Assembly: GCA_000934665.2 (NCBI GenBank)
Contig: JYFJ02003377.1
Coordinates: 1 to 43,429, forward strand
From: Catajapyx aquilonaris
Lineage: Eukaryota
DNA: 43,429 bases
Direction: 5' to 3'
Under the pieces are notes generated by a model. That model searched no databases and had not been told where the DNA came from. It saw nothing but the letters and a program-made list of their open reading frames with translations. This document shows positions 12,478 through 25,540 of the stretch, one piece after another (positions within the stretch are counted from its first letter, which is position 1; each line of letters starts with the position of its first letter). The translations under genes were made by a program, and so were the position numbers.

Positions 12478-15458
12478 TACTACGTTTTATTTTATTTTTT
12501 GCGCATAAAACTGGATCTTATTAGCATTGGCAGGCACCACTAATGCTATAGGAGCATCCTTCTGCCGCACCTAACTTTATTGTTTCCGACATAATTATTT
12601 GAAACGAGGAGGAGAAATAGATGGCCAGAGAAAATTAGTCAAAGGAGCTGCGTGGTTAAATATTTATGCACTCTTTTCTCCCCAAATATAGGAAATGAAG
12701 TCAGTGAGAAGCTTGGCTCTTTTTTCCCCACGATTTCAAAAGGAATGTCGTGTTTGGCCTTCCAGAACGCTTTGCATGATATTCCTATTATGAGTAACGC
12801 GTGTTGGCAATAACGCGGAGTGAAGCGCTGACTGCATTACATATTATGAGGCCACGCCGAAAGCCCCGGAGGGAAGGTGTGACCCCAATCAACGCCGTTT
12901 ATGACAGCGATATCACAGGTCTTAATTACATGATATTAATACGTACTTCTCTTTGAGTTATGTTTCATATGAATGAGGAGTTGTTATCAGCGATTGATTC
13001 GTCACGTCATTCTCACTTTAATACTTATTGCGTGAGTTTATCTGACCCGAATTCTAATTAATGCTAAAAAAATTCATTCATACCGGATAGTGTCGCTCTC
13101 AAACTATCACGGCTATTTTATTTCAGGTGAGCAATATGTGTATAACGATTATAGTGCAATTTGAGAGTTTGCTAGATTGATTATATTGGTCAATTCCATG
13201 GCATGTAACTTAAATCAACCACTAACCCTATATTTTAATTATGTGCATATATTTTATAGTATCTAAAGGTTGTGGTCCGGGGTGCATGCGTCCGGGGTAG
13301 GCCTACATACAAGCAAGAAGTTGACAACCAAGTAGCACATGCCCCTTTTAATCAATGTCAAATGTTCATAGTAACATGATATATAAAAATTAGGGATCCT
13401 TGTTGAAAAAACACTATTATAGAGGGTGTTTCCTGTAATTCGGGACATGTAGGGGTAATAGAGGGGACCAAGACAAATAATAAAAATAAAAATAATAAAA
13501 ATAAAATGTTGCAACGGATAATACTAGAACATCACAGGAACATCCAGACAAATGTTACCCTGAGAGAAGTAACGAGAAAGTCGCGGTTTTTGTGACAGAG
13601 GGTGACAGGGGAGTAGTTAATGCTGCAAGATATCAAGCTGGAAAATCGATATGCAGGAAGAATAATGGGTTGGTTATCCAATCCAGCTCCACTATTACAC
13701 TGTTTCTAATAATTGGAGAAACGATTTTCGTGCTGGCAATAGGTATTATTGTAAGGGAGGTGTAAAAAATATAATATTGACACTGTATCCTTCACATGTG
13801 GCCAGCAATTTAATGTCGAGTTATGTCGAACTGCGCATCAGCTGCAAAATACTGTATATAAGATGTACGATAAACTTCGACTGGGTTGAAATATTTCATT
13901 GAAATCGTTCTGAAGTTTATTTTTCACAATATAATCGGTTCTAGTGATGTGGATTAAGATGAAATTTGTTAATCATTATTTTCATCAAGAATGAATGAAA
14001 ATGAATTCCACACTTCAGCTCTGAAATTATCTAGCACATCTTATGTAATAATCTCAGTTTCAGTCGTTTTAAAATGGAAAGTAAATTACCAATGTTCACA
14101 CAATATGGAGGCCAAATGTGATGTACTCTGGCGTCATCAATGTGTAGGTAGGCCCTATTTGCAGTCATTTGAATAATTCGCACAGTTTTCAGTAGTTTAT
14201 GTACAGTACAAGTCCAAAATACGTGGTGTTCATGTCATGCATAGAAGTGTCTGGATATGTAATAATAAAAATGATCAATAATAACTAGTTTTATAAGGGC
14301 ACCAAATCATGTCACATGCTAATTAAGTTTAGTTTAAAATTGTTATGACATTTCACATCTCGCTGATTAGTCAATTAGGGGTAATAAAAGTGTAACAGGG
14401 CTTGTTTGTTTTGACTGACTGACCAAAATTTGGCCATAAAAATATAAGGTTATGATGTATGTACGCATACGTGGCTGATTTGTCATGGAATTGCCATACC
14501 ATTTCTGTACATTACATAATGATCACTTTTAATAACAAGTTATTAAAACCATGCTTTGAATCACTCTCGTGTCTACTTTTGCCAAAATTCAACCCTTTCT
14601 ACTCTTATGCCTCTCGCAGACATGAGGACAATATGGATGCAATACTAAAAAAGGGTTAACAAGAGCAACACGGCAAAACAAAATAGAAACAGGCCACTGG
14701 ACAACCTTCCGGCTGGCCAAATAACCCAACACGTGTACTAGTACCAACCATAGCTAGAAGTGGCCTTTCCACCACTGTTTATGGAGATAAGGGACATCCC
14801 GCCGAACCAGTTACTCAATTACCGACAGCACCCAATGAAGCACTGCACTCCAAAACGGAGTTCATTACTTACCGCAGAGAACATTAAAATTTACACCCAA
14901 GGGGTGTTTGATTACGTTCTCGAAACCACGCTCCACTTTCCCACCGCCTGGTCGTAGTCGTGCTGGGATTGGCGCTCTACCTGCCCCTTGCCCCAACTAC
15001 CCCGCACTGCCGCATTTACTCTTCCTAGGTGGCGTGCAATGAATTTACACCACTAGTCAGAACAATCCAGAGAGAATGTGGGGGTAGGGGGCGAGAAGGG
15101 AGGTGAGGCAGACCTGGAGGAATCCCGTGCCCACACTCCGACTCTTACTTTTTCCCCGGTTTTTTTTCCCGTCCACTTCCCTGCTGGCACAATCGCCTCG
15201 TGTTAAACGGGCTGGAGAGTTTTACGAGAGAGGCAAGGTAGTTACGCACATTTTTTGAGCTGGCCGATTTTACAGTGCGAAGTTTCTGGTTCGCCTCACT
15301 TGGCTTGGGGCATGAATGATGGCAGTAGTTAGTATCGATATACCGCGTGCATGCTTCTCAACGCCGAGCACACGGGACCATGCTTATACAGTAGGCTAGC
15401 TAGACCGACATGAAATATTAACATAGTCAAAGTTGCACTCCTACAATATTAACAAAAT

Positions 15459-15506
15459 TATCTGGCATAAATATTTACTACATGTAGTAAATATTTATGC
15501 CAGATA
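15459..15506. repeat. Perfect 48-bp palindrome with no spacer
   Basis: tatctggcataaatatttactaca|tgtagtaaatatttatgccagata, checked base by base. Confidence 0.95.
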
Positions 15507-15990
15507 TGCAGGTATGAATTTGATTTTTATTAATATTTTTATAGGTACCGGTATTGGTAGTTGGAGAGATTTTGCCATGTGTCATTGTGACTAACGAGTC
15601 ATTGGGATATGCAAGATACCAGCCAAAATGAGAAAATGGGGCTGTGTGACATTGTTTTAGGGACGTCGCTCATTAGGCTAGTATGACACATGCCGACCAG
15701 CGTAACCGAAGCGAAACGAAGCAGTAACTCGCACCGCAAGAGGAGAATCACTTCATAAATCGCAGCGATTTCCCTGGAACTCAATTTCCTCACTGTTGAC
15801 CTTTGTTTACCTTCTTCTCCGCCAGACATCAACCCCCGGCGTTAAGGAAATTACTCGGAGCGTGTGAGCGCCAATCCTTGGCATAGAACACCCAGAGGGG
15901 GGTGCCGTGTCACATGACGGCGTCACACAAAGAAACTGGAAATTCAGAAGAGGGCATCAGCGGGACGTCCCCCTTACACAGAGCACTTAC

Positions 15991-16135
15991 ACAGGACATT
16001 AAGTCTCCACTTGTCTTCCAAGGCACTACCGTGCACGGTGGGGTTCTCGGCCCGACACGTCAGGTATTTGCCGTCGTCGTCGATTGTCGGCACGAACGTC
16101 AGGATGCTCAGGGTGGAGTTGCGATCCTCGGAGTT
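15991..16135 (-). CDS. Sidestep-like gene, internal exon C (C-half of Ig domain)
   Basis: Polypyrimidine acceptor tttctttctttgctcAG, donor GTAAGT, 145 nt; encodes NSEDRNSTLSILTFVPTIDDDGKYLTCRAENPTVHGSALEDKWRLNVL. Confidence 0.93.
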
Positions 16136-18589
16136 CTGAGCAAAGAAAGAAATCGAAAATGCACACAAGTTACTTCCTAGCATAATATTCTCCTCACCAA
16201 CAAAAACGTTCAGTTCTAGGTAGAGATAGCTACTGCTGAAGAGGATCACTCCAGCAAAAAAAATCATTAGGCTTGAAGACTCGCCCCCATTGGTTGTTGG
16301 CGTCATCCGGAAAAGAATATTCTAGACTCGGCTCTAAATGTGGCCCCCAAATCCGGCAAAGTGTTTTACAATTAAGGAACAGGGGCAGAGTGGGGAAAAG
16401 ATAAGGGGGTAAGTTGTGGGCTCGGGGATAAAAAGTCTCGCTAAATGAGGCATTCTAATCCACAGGATTACTTCGTCTGACGTCAAATGGGACTTGTGGT
16501 CTAACCGCGCAGTCAGGCGAAACGAATTCCCCAGTCAAAATGATACTTGCAGTCTTCTATAGCCCACCACGACATAATAGCTTTGCATTTGTTAATACTG
16601 TACAAACTAGTATTTTCATTGTGGAAACGACAATCCAGTTGGAATAATCACCTGGGTGCAATGAACAGTTTTGCCTCGTAGAGTCAAGAAGAAAGGGTCC
16701 GACAATTTCTGGAAGGCATATCGTTATTTTCACTCAAAGTGGCACCAACGGCACAGGCGACCAAAACCTTTGATGGAAAATTCTCCCAGGTGTCAGTCAA
16801 TATCTGTGTAATGGAGTTGGCAGTTTTATTCTTTAGGGGGGTCGCAATAGCCGCAGGTATAGTGTTTCTGGTGTGCATAAGCTAACTTCCTAAATTTAAA
16901 TCACCGTAAGGTATATTGATGTGGTGGGCAGATTATTTTCAGAATGATTTAACTCAGAAAAAATTCCATCTTCGAAACTGCAGTACGGTTTCGATGTGGA
17001 CCGCAAATGTTTTTGTGCCTCACCACAAAGCCATTTTTCTTGAACATGTGGAGGGCTGCTACTTCGAACGCTTTTTAGAGAATGTTCCAAATCTGCATAA
17101 TTATTATGAATATAAGCTTCATAGGCTACCTGTTCAAGTGTAGTGTATGCCTTGTAAAAATATTAATATCAATATTAAGCTTCAAATGCAGCGAAGAATA
17201 TTGCCTAAGGTGAGAGTTTTGAAAGATGCATGCATGTCAGAAGCTGTGTCAGCCAAAATCTCCACAGAGTCCTACTGCCTGGTGCGGCCTGGTGGGCGCA
17301 AATTCCTCACGAGCAGATTCGAAATGGTGCCACGCGTATGACAAATGCATAAATAATACCGGTGTTTATGTGGAGATACAACCTATAGGAAAGATGTGGC
17401 TTACGGCTATCCTGCACAGCTGATATCGAAAAATATGTTGCTGTCCATTCACCATAAGCGCGGATGAACTCTCCTCATAAAATCCGTATTGTCAAAAATT
17501 ACTGTCATATTCATATTATCCCTGTATTATCGATAATAACAGGAGACCGAGAAGCATTTTACTTGGAGGGGTAACAGCAGGAGAGCTAAGGGTTATATTT
17601 AACTCCTACTGGACAGGCCCCTTATATGCTAATTTATAGCCTTTTCTAGGCAAGGGGCCGCAAAAACACGAAACGGCGTCTTGTTATTGAGGTGTAAGGC
17701 ACTAAAATGTATTTTAAATTTGAATCTCGGGTTTCTCTACAATGCCATGGTAGCTTGGGTCAGAGATGTTAAAAGATTCTCTCGCTATGGGATCAAAAGT
17801 CGCCTCGTTCCAACTGGTATTTTTGGGATAAGACATCTCGTTTGTTTTCTCCTTGTTATTTTCCTTTTACACTTACACCAACAGCGCAGCTAGTATGACT
17901 TCACTTTAGTTTAACTATCAGAGTAAACACTAATAAACACTTATTGCAAGGATAAAATTTGTACCTAAAAGCACGTCTTTCTCATCCAATGCAGTGATCA
18001 AAATGATGAAAGTATACCGTCTTTACCGGTATTTACTCGTATGTTGTTAATTTCATATTATTTCAGATATTTCAAATATTCTCAATTTCGAGGAGACTTA
18101 TTCAGTTATTGAGTGGGGAAACACATCATAAACATCACAACATCACATCATGAACTTGAAAATCGGTACAGGTGTACAGCAATAATTTTTGTAGCATACA
18201 TCATATGTCAGAATGATTATAGTAACAAAAGATTTAAAGTCAAATCTCAAAATGGGTTTATCATATACATTGCATTTTGCCTTATTGCAAAGGAAAAGAT
18301 ACGTATTTATGTTATACATTTTTTCGATACATTTTTATCTGGATACCTTGAGTAGCACGATAAATTATACGTGCAATATCAGGTCTCAGTGTAAAGTGAA
18401 AGAATGTTGTGTATAACCTTTCCTTAGGCGATATGTTAATTATTGAAAGTTGTATCTGATTTTGACCTGGCAGGAAATGTTTTACACATTATCCAACAGG
18501 AAAAAACCGTTTGGGTTTTGTGGCGACATACAGAAGACAATTCAATAGCTCTGCTATAGATCTCCCATTAAAATCCTAATTCAGATGAT

Positions 18590-18900
18590 GCCTTGTCATG
18601 AGACTGCATTCCGGTAGTGCTGTATGGCACAACCCCTTGGGGGGAGACAATTCCAGTTTTCAGTAATTTATGGGGAAGAGTGTCATTTTCCAGTATGTCC
18701 AGGTACAGTACTGCACCCAGATCACAGTCTGCTCCAGAGAGATAGGTAAAGGTGGAACAACTAACCCCATTTGGACTTTTCCTGTGGGATCATATGAACA
18801 ATACTACCTACCAGCTCAAGATCAGAAATGATCTGCAGCAGTTGACAGCCCTCGCAAGGGATGCTGTAGATTTTGAAAACTGCATGGACAGACATTGAAA
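18590..18900 (+). pseudogene. Decayed Tc1/mariner-superfamily transposase fragment (C-terminal DDD/E region)
   Basis: From 18761 reads LTPFGLFLWDHMNNTTYQLKIRNDLQQLTALARDAV, then after a frameshift ILKTAWTDIE; resembles the SPDLTPLDFFLWG...VY motif. VIFQ lies upstream. Confidence 0.55.
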
Positions 18901-19140
18901 ATTTACTGCTTATTTTTCCGTCTTTCTAGGGCGCTCACATTATCATGTATTGTAAAAGATTTGTGAACATTCAGATTATTATTTTTTAATAATTACGCAA
19001 CCCTTACATGTGTAGAAGAAACAGATTTTAAAATATAAATATTTTTCATTAAAATAATCCAGACATCTGTATTATTTTCTACCAAGGACAAGAAACACAT
19101 AGATAAAGGTTTGCTGGCATTGTAACACAATAACACTTAC

Positions 19141-19292
19141 GTTTTGCACCACCTTCTTCATCTGCCTGCTGCCTTTCCACCAAGTAATGATGGCTGGTGG
19201 TCGAGAGCCCAACGCTTTGCATTCCACGTCGTAACTTCTGTCTGCTGACACGTGCCTCTCTTTTGTCAGAATGCTCACCGTCAGGGGTTTTA
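19141..19292 (-). CDS. Sidestep-like gene, internal exon B (N-half of next Ig domain)
   Basis: Acceptor ctcttgacAG, donor GTAAGT, 152 nt; encodes (L)KPLTVSILTKERHVSADRSYDVECKALGSRPPAIITWWKGSRQMKKVVQN. Confidence 0.92.
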
Positions 19293-19632
19293 CTGTCAAG
19301 AGAACATTGGAACTTTACTGTGCATTTTGTATTACCAAGGAATGTAAAATTGCTCTCCTGACAGGCTACAGTGTTCAAGTTATATCTGAATTCCTTTTAT
19401 TAACTAGCATGTTTTAGAAAAAGGGCCGTGGGGGCAGCATTTCCTTAACTATGCTTTTGTAAACTAGAACAAGAAGGAAGAGTATGCAAGAGTGCATGAA
19501 TACACCTAAACATCAATAGTGAACAAGAGGAAATATACGTATTTACAGAAGGCTGTAAAAGCAGACGATTCTGTATACCGTATATGTTTTAATCCTATGA
19601 TGCCTATTTTTGACATGTGAAAACCAAGAATA

Positions 19633-20055
19633 CCAGGGTGTCATTGAATCCAGCAGTCAGACCTGTACCCTTGGCTGAATTGTCACCAGAGGATCATGTT
19701 ATGGAGAGGAGTCATTATGTCTGGGCAGCCTCATTACTGAGATAATTGCCTTCAAACGACAAGTACAAAGTATCCTGGGAGGTATGGAAACCTTCAGCCC
19801 CGAAATCGCATCCGCGGTCAAAATAGCAGCTTTTTTGGCTACTAGCATGTCGCATGGCACACACTGACACGCAATGGAGTCGAAGGGTGCCCTGATGACC
19901 GACCCAGGGTCGTTGAAGGGATGCCAAATCGCAAATGATCAATTATCTCAGTAATGAGGCTGCCCAGACGTAATGACTCCTCTACATAACATGATCCTCT
20001 GGTGACAATTCAGCCACGGGTACAGGTCTGACTGGTCAACTCAACGACACCCTGG
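19633..20055. mobile_element. Tc1/mariner-type MITE with ~116-bp TIRs and TA TSD
   Basis: TA-CCAGGGTGTC...GACACCCTGG-TA; arms 19633-19748 and 19940-20055 are near-identical inverted copies. Confidence 0.9.
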
Positions 20056-20599
20056 TATAATAGCCTACTGGTAGACTTTTCCAGTACCGGTCCGAAACGA
20101 ATACTTTCAATATATTATATGCATCATAATTATCATTATGCCAGCTAAATTGTACTTACACAAGAATGGTTATCATTAGTGTAACCGTCGCGTCGTCCCG
20201 AAAACAAACTATTTAGGACGACATCTCCGGCTCCTGCGAAGCTCGTTAGTTTATTAAGTGACACAGTGATCTACAGTATTCCGCTTACTGAGCTTTTTTC
20301 TTTGCAACTATAGTGAGAGAGAAGGATCTGAAAACTATCCAGAGAGCATCTTAGTTCTTTGCTGACATGAATCTGGATAGTTCTCGAATGCGAAGCCTAC
20401 TGGGACAAAATACATTCCAGGTCACGTTCCCCTGGGTTCCGCCTACGGCGAATCATGTCACATCCCGTCCCACGTATCATTTACCTGGATTTTTAGCAGG
20501 AATTCAGCGCACTTTCAATCATCTTTTACGGACTCAGCTACTCCGGTGACACTTCTCTCTCTCAAAAAAAACCTGCTTTTCCCTTGTCACTATTCTCTA

Positions 20600-20983
20600 C
20601 ATGTATATGCAGAAGTCCCTCTCCTGTAGCCTAGTAGTGCACCGCCCATTGATGGGCATCTGGCACGGTACCTTTATTTGCTTTAGATGTATACAAGCTA
20701 GTACAGGTAGGTCCTTTTCCGTAACACCCGGGTACCGCGAGCGATGGGGGGGATGAGTGGGAGGGGATGTGCAATGTGCAGTGCAATGTCTCAATAGTGG
20801 TGTATTTTGTGAACTCCCCCGGGTGGTTAGTCTCAGGAGTCCCACCCGAGACGAAGCCAGAGACGACCCAACTCTGCACAAGATGAAGGGGTTGGGGGGG
20901 TGGGGGATGCCCGGGCTTGGTATCGAACCCGGGACCCTTACATCCTTGGGCGCGTACGTTACCGCAGCGCCACTCCGCCTCAC
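20600..20983 (-). mobile_element. tRNA-derived SINE (family A)
   Basis: Head gaggcggagtggcgctgcggtaacgta...GGTTCGATACC; core shared with the other family A copies; 3' limit approximate. Confidence 0.8.
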
Positions 20984-21919
20984 AAATATATTGTGGAGAG
21001 TAAAAAAATATCTATAGTTTTATGCATTCAATTTTTTGTGGAAGTAAAATTCAAACACGTCTTTACATCACGGCGCATCCTTTCCTTGGAGTGCTAAGAT
21101 ACCGACAAAACAATTTCTTAGTTGATTAGTTTACCCTTATCAAGAAGAGCTCGCCATAAATTGATTCCTCTTTAATATTCCACCCAAGCCGTGCCTCAGT
21201 TTTCTTGCCTGTCTCTCCCGTGCATGTTTCAGGACCTACCAAAAAAGCTTCAAACCCATGATCATTTGTTTGAACTGCCACCTGAGAGAGCCTGCCAAAT
21301 TACGAGGAAAGGATCTTCAGGGTGTACCGTAAACTTAATGGTCTACTAAAAGTGAAAGTGACCTTATTATAGAAAAGACCCTGCGACTTGTTAGGCTAAT
21401 AATTGAATCTTACGCCCCCCAAGAAGTATACCAATACCAAAAGCAGCATTACATTCGCTCATTTATTCAAGTATGCACACAGTAAATCCTAGAAAATTAT
21501 CTTAGCCAGAATTATTGTTGCATGTGTATGTTACTTTACCTTTCTATAATGTCAAATATATTAACAATCCAACAATGATGTTAAACATTCTAAAAAGTTT
21601 TTTATGTAATAAAACCTGTAAAGTTGAACACCTTAATAAGTTGGCCACCTCCCTATGTTGGACATTATTTTTGGAACCGTTCGAAAAGCTTATCCCTTGC
21701 AATGTTGCTATGTTGGACACCTGTCTATCATGGAAATTTGAGACTTTTTCCCCTCTTAAGTTGGCCACGTGCAGTAGTACAAATTTTACATTTACTCTAC
21801 ATGCATTCTCGTTTTTTTTCTCTAAAAATCAGAGCCATGCGGAGCTCTGCGTACCTAATTTGTGAAGCATGTCTTCATGTCTTCAAGTGACATTGTCAAC
21901 TGAATGACAATAGCATCAT

Positions 21920-23385
21920 TAGTCCAGGTGCTAAGGGACAAATTTGACCCAAACTTTGCATTTTGTGACAAAAGTATGAAACTCGGTACACTTGTCCTTT
22001 GGACACTTCTGATCATATCTGGACGTGGAGCCACGAGGACCCACCCCGGTGGTGGTCCATTTCGCAGGGTTTCCATAACTACCAGATGCAGCATCCTTTT
22101 AGGACCTTGTATTGGGTGACAAAAACATGAAACTCGCCACAATTGGTCTTTGGACACTTCTGAACATGTCTGTAAGTGAGGCCACTATGGATGACCCCGC
22201 TGGGGGTCACTCGCAGGGTTGCCAGATCTAATGGGCTCTGTAAGTAAACTATGTGAATAGGGTGCTTGCATTCGGTGACGAAGACTTGAAACTCGGTACA
22301 ATATAGTTCTTTGCACAATTCCGAACATATCTGGACGTGGAGCCACGATGACCCACCGAATGCACGCTCATTATTTAAATATAAACGCATGTTGCACATT
22401 CTGTTAGATATGGCAACCCTGCGATAGTGCCCTCCCTCGGGGTGGGTCATCGTGGCTCCACGTCCAGATATGTTCGGACGTGTCCAAAGAACAATTCTAC
22501 CAAGTTTCACGTCTTTGTCACCAAATGCAAGCTCCCTATCAAAATATAAACGCATGCTGCACAGTCTGTTAGATTTGGCAACACCATGATAGTGCCCTCC
22601 ACCGGGGTGGGTCATCGCGTCCCCACGTCCAGATATGTTCGGAAGTGTGCAAAGAACTATATTGTACCGAGTTTCAAGTCTTCGTCACCGAATGCAAGCT
22701 CCCTATTCACATAGTTTACTTACAGAGCCCATTAGATCTGGCAACCCTGCGAGTGACCCCCAGCGGGGTCATCCATAGTGGCCTCACTTACAGACATGTT
22801 CAGTAGTGTCCGAAGACCAATTGGGGCGAGTTTCATGTTTTAGCAGTGTTTTATCACCGAATGCAAGGCCCTTATTCATGTAAAGGTGTGCAACACATGT
22901 TCGATTTGGCAACTCCGCGTTAGTGACCCCTGGCGAGGCCACCAGGGGTCACCCACCGTGACCCCACGTCCAGATATTATGTTGAGATGTGTTCGAAGAA
23001 CTACCGTACCGCGTTTCACGTTTTTATCACCGAATGCAAGCTCCCAATTCGCATGATCCTCGCAGAGATGTATGTTTGGTCCGTTAGATCCGGCAACCCT
23101 GCAAGTGACCCACAGCGGGGTCAGTCATCATGGCCCCACATCCAGACATGTCCAGAAGTGTCCAAAGACCAATTGTGGCGAGTTTCATGTTTTTGTCACC
23201 GAATACAAGGTCCTAAAAGGATGCTGCATCTGGTAGTTATGGAAACCCTGCGAAATGGACCACCACCGGGGTGTGTCATCGTGGCTCCACGTCCAGATAT
23301 GATCAGAAGTGTCCAAAGGACAAGTGTACCGAGTTTCATACTTTTGTCCCAAAATGCAAAGTTTAACCCCTTAGCACCCGGACAT
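21920..23385. mobile_element. Foldback element composed of ~168-bp tandem units in inverted arms
   Basis: Unit marker caccgaatgcaag at about 22355, 22519, 22686, 22856, 23028, 23197 on +; reverse-complement units occupy 21950-22357. Confidence 0.88.
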
Positions 23386-23428
23386 GACAACGGACATGAC
23401 CCGGACATGACCCGGACATGACAACGGA
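23378..23428 (+). repeat. Short tandem repeat, cggacatgac x4
   Basis: Read directly. Confidence 0.9.
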
Positions 23429-24173
23429 GGGTGAATATGGTGGCAATGCAGATGAGGTGCTGAATCAGGTGTTGCAGCATATCCAAAGTAAATATTCAGA
23501 ATTTGAATACACTGTAAATCCTGGTTGCGACGATAAATCACCCTCTCATCGGTATGCCCTTGAGTGCAGTAAAAATTAGACTTTTATTCTTTGGCATGCC
23601 ACTGTTATTATTTTGCTTCCCAAAAGAAAAATTAAATTTTTCTGATTAAACGAGTCACTTGTTACCGATTTATGAACCAAAAAGTATGCCACCTTCAGAA
23701 ATTGCATGTAGGCTACACTGTGCTGTACTGTACCGAAAATAATAAAACGAATATTGTAAGTTGATTACTGGATTATTATTGTACAGTACTTACTCCGTAC
23801 ATTACTGTGCTGCACTATGAAACCCGCGAGATTGAAATCCTAACATGATGGACACTATGTTGGGCAATATTTTCCTCGGAACCGTCAGTGTCCAACATAA
23901 ACTGGTTTTACTGTAATTATAGGAGCACGCTTTCATGCAACGACGCCGAAAAGGACTTGCACACCTCTATAAATATACGTATTACTTTTTCGTGTACAGT
24001 TCTGGTCATATTAGCAGTCCCTAAATGTTTACTTAGTTGCCAGGTAACGCCATAGATGCATATGCTGAAAAATAAACATTTATGGACTGCTAATACGTCC
24101 ACTCGTCCAGCACTGTACTATGAGGCTACCTGGGGATTAAACGCGAGTTTTCCTTCACCCTGTATACTGAAAT

Positions 24174-25540
24174 GAAGAGTGGAAATGATAAAGGGCCTAA
24201 GTGCCATATTTTAGCTGAGAAAAAGCAATTTTTTTGTGTCCTAACCGTAATTATACTTTCTTGGTGGTGATGACTTGGCAGATGCAGCATTCAATCAAGG
24301 CACTTGGCCAGATGCAATAGTAGTGAACATATTATACCACCGCTTTATAATAAAAATTTAGGGCCAAATGCGAGGAAACAAGAAAGGCGTATGTGCCATG
24401 AGACCATTTCCTAATTAAGGGCCTGAGTGCCAGAATCTCATACTAACATTATTACCACGTGAATATGGGTATTTGTGCGGCAGTTATGGATGCCCAAATC
24501 CATTACAGGCTACAAAATTAATGTGTTCATGATTGTAAGGGTTAACTAAGAGAAAAGGCCCAAAGAATAAACAGACACCAAAATACAATATTTTGAACAA
24601 CTTCTGTATTGCTTATTCGCTTGGCACCTCGGACATGAAAAAGAAACAAACCCCAACAAAAATGAAATGTACTGTAATCCCGATTATCAGGGCTAATGAA
24701 TGCACAGGTGTCGCCGGATAATCGGAAACCACGGATAATCAGAAAATGGTCGTATAATTATACCGTAAAATGAGCTATTCACAGGTTTTAATGTACTATT
24801 GTATGATAGTGTATGCTGATTTAACTAAGGTTTAATCAAAATATTAAAACTTAGCATATATTCTAAAAAATGTATGTTATATTTCTTTGTTAGCCAGACA
24901 TATTGACATTTTTTCAAACTTTAATCTTTAATTGAATATAATTTACTTTGATCACATTTCTATCAACAACAGAAATTATTATTAACTTATAACAAAAATA
25001 ATGACATTTCTATGTAGGCTACTGTACATACGTACCTACATGTATGCAAGAAAAAAACAGCAAATTTTTGTTCGCGTACAAAGTGTACCCAATTCAACGT
25101 TTTTCTTTGTCAAAAATTCCGCAATTGTTTTGCACCTTACCACACGGAATAACAGGTGTTGAGATATGAAAGTTGTTTTGCATTGCTATCAATACCACAT
25201 TGTATATCAGAAGTTCTAAGACCCAATGTATTGCATGCAATACAGTCCTCTAACTCAACAATGGTGCCGAATATATTATGAAAGACATAAGGGTTGGTCT
25301 TTTGTTCACAGTGCGAAACTACACCTTAGACACAAAATCTTGAGCATGTATGTTGAATAGAAATCTTTCGGGTGTGAGGAGGCTATCTTTGGGAAATTCC
25401 TGTTATCAAATGAGCCATCTGGGGCATTTGGAGGTTTCGTATTAGTATTGGCCTTGGCCCATAGAGCTCTTTTAGTACATAATCATCTCTCTCAAAAGAT
25501 TTTTTTTTGGCACTTAGGCCCTTTATCCTTTCCACTCTTC
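24174..25540. mobile_element. Non-autonomous TIR element with 4-bp TSD (Sola-like)
   Basis: AAAT-GAAGAGTGGAAAtGATAAAGGGCCTAAGTGCCA...TGGCACTTAGGCCCTTTATCcTTTCCACTCTTC-AAAT; ~33-bp TIR with one mismatch. Confidence 0.75.

Larger units (their letters stand above)
21609..23913. mobile_element. pogo/Tigger-like MITE split by the foldback insertion
   Basis: Left taaaacctgtaaagttgaacac matches the reverse complement of right gtgtccaacataaactggttttactg-TA; subterminal atgttggacac/aagttggccac repeats. Confidence 0.55.

Noticed and set aside
19892..19920. Hammerhead-like CTGATGA-stem-GAAG
   Set aside because: Lacks the GAAA core and closing stems I/III; the gtcgttgaagg part is explained as an extension of the MITE TIR. 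CTGATGA at 5190 and CTGACGA at 7960 also lack the architecture.
22355..23362. CRISPR-like repeat/variable-segment array
   Set aside because: Units are ~168 bp and homologous along most of their length, the context is a eukaryotic intron, and no cas genes are present.
21855..23486. Several 70-178 aa ORFs, some duplicated
   Set aside because: They come from the repeated and inverted units of the foldback; no recognisable domain or splice context.
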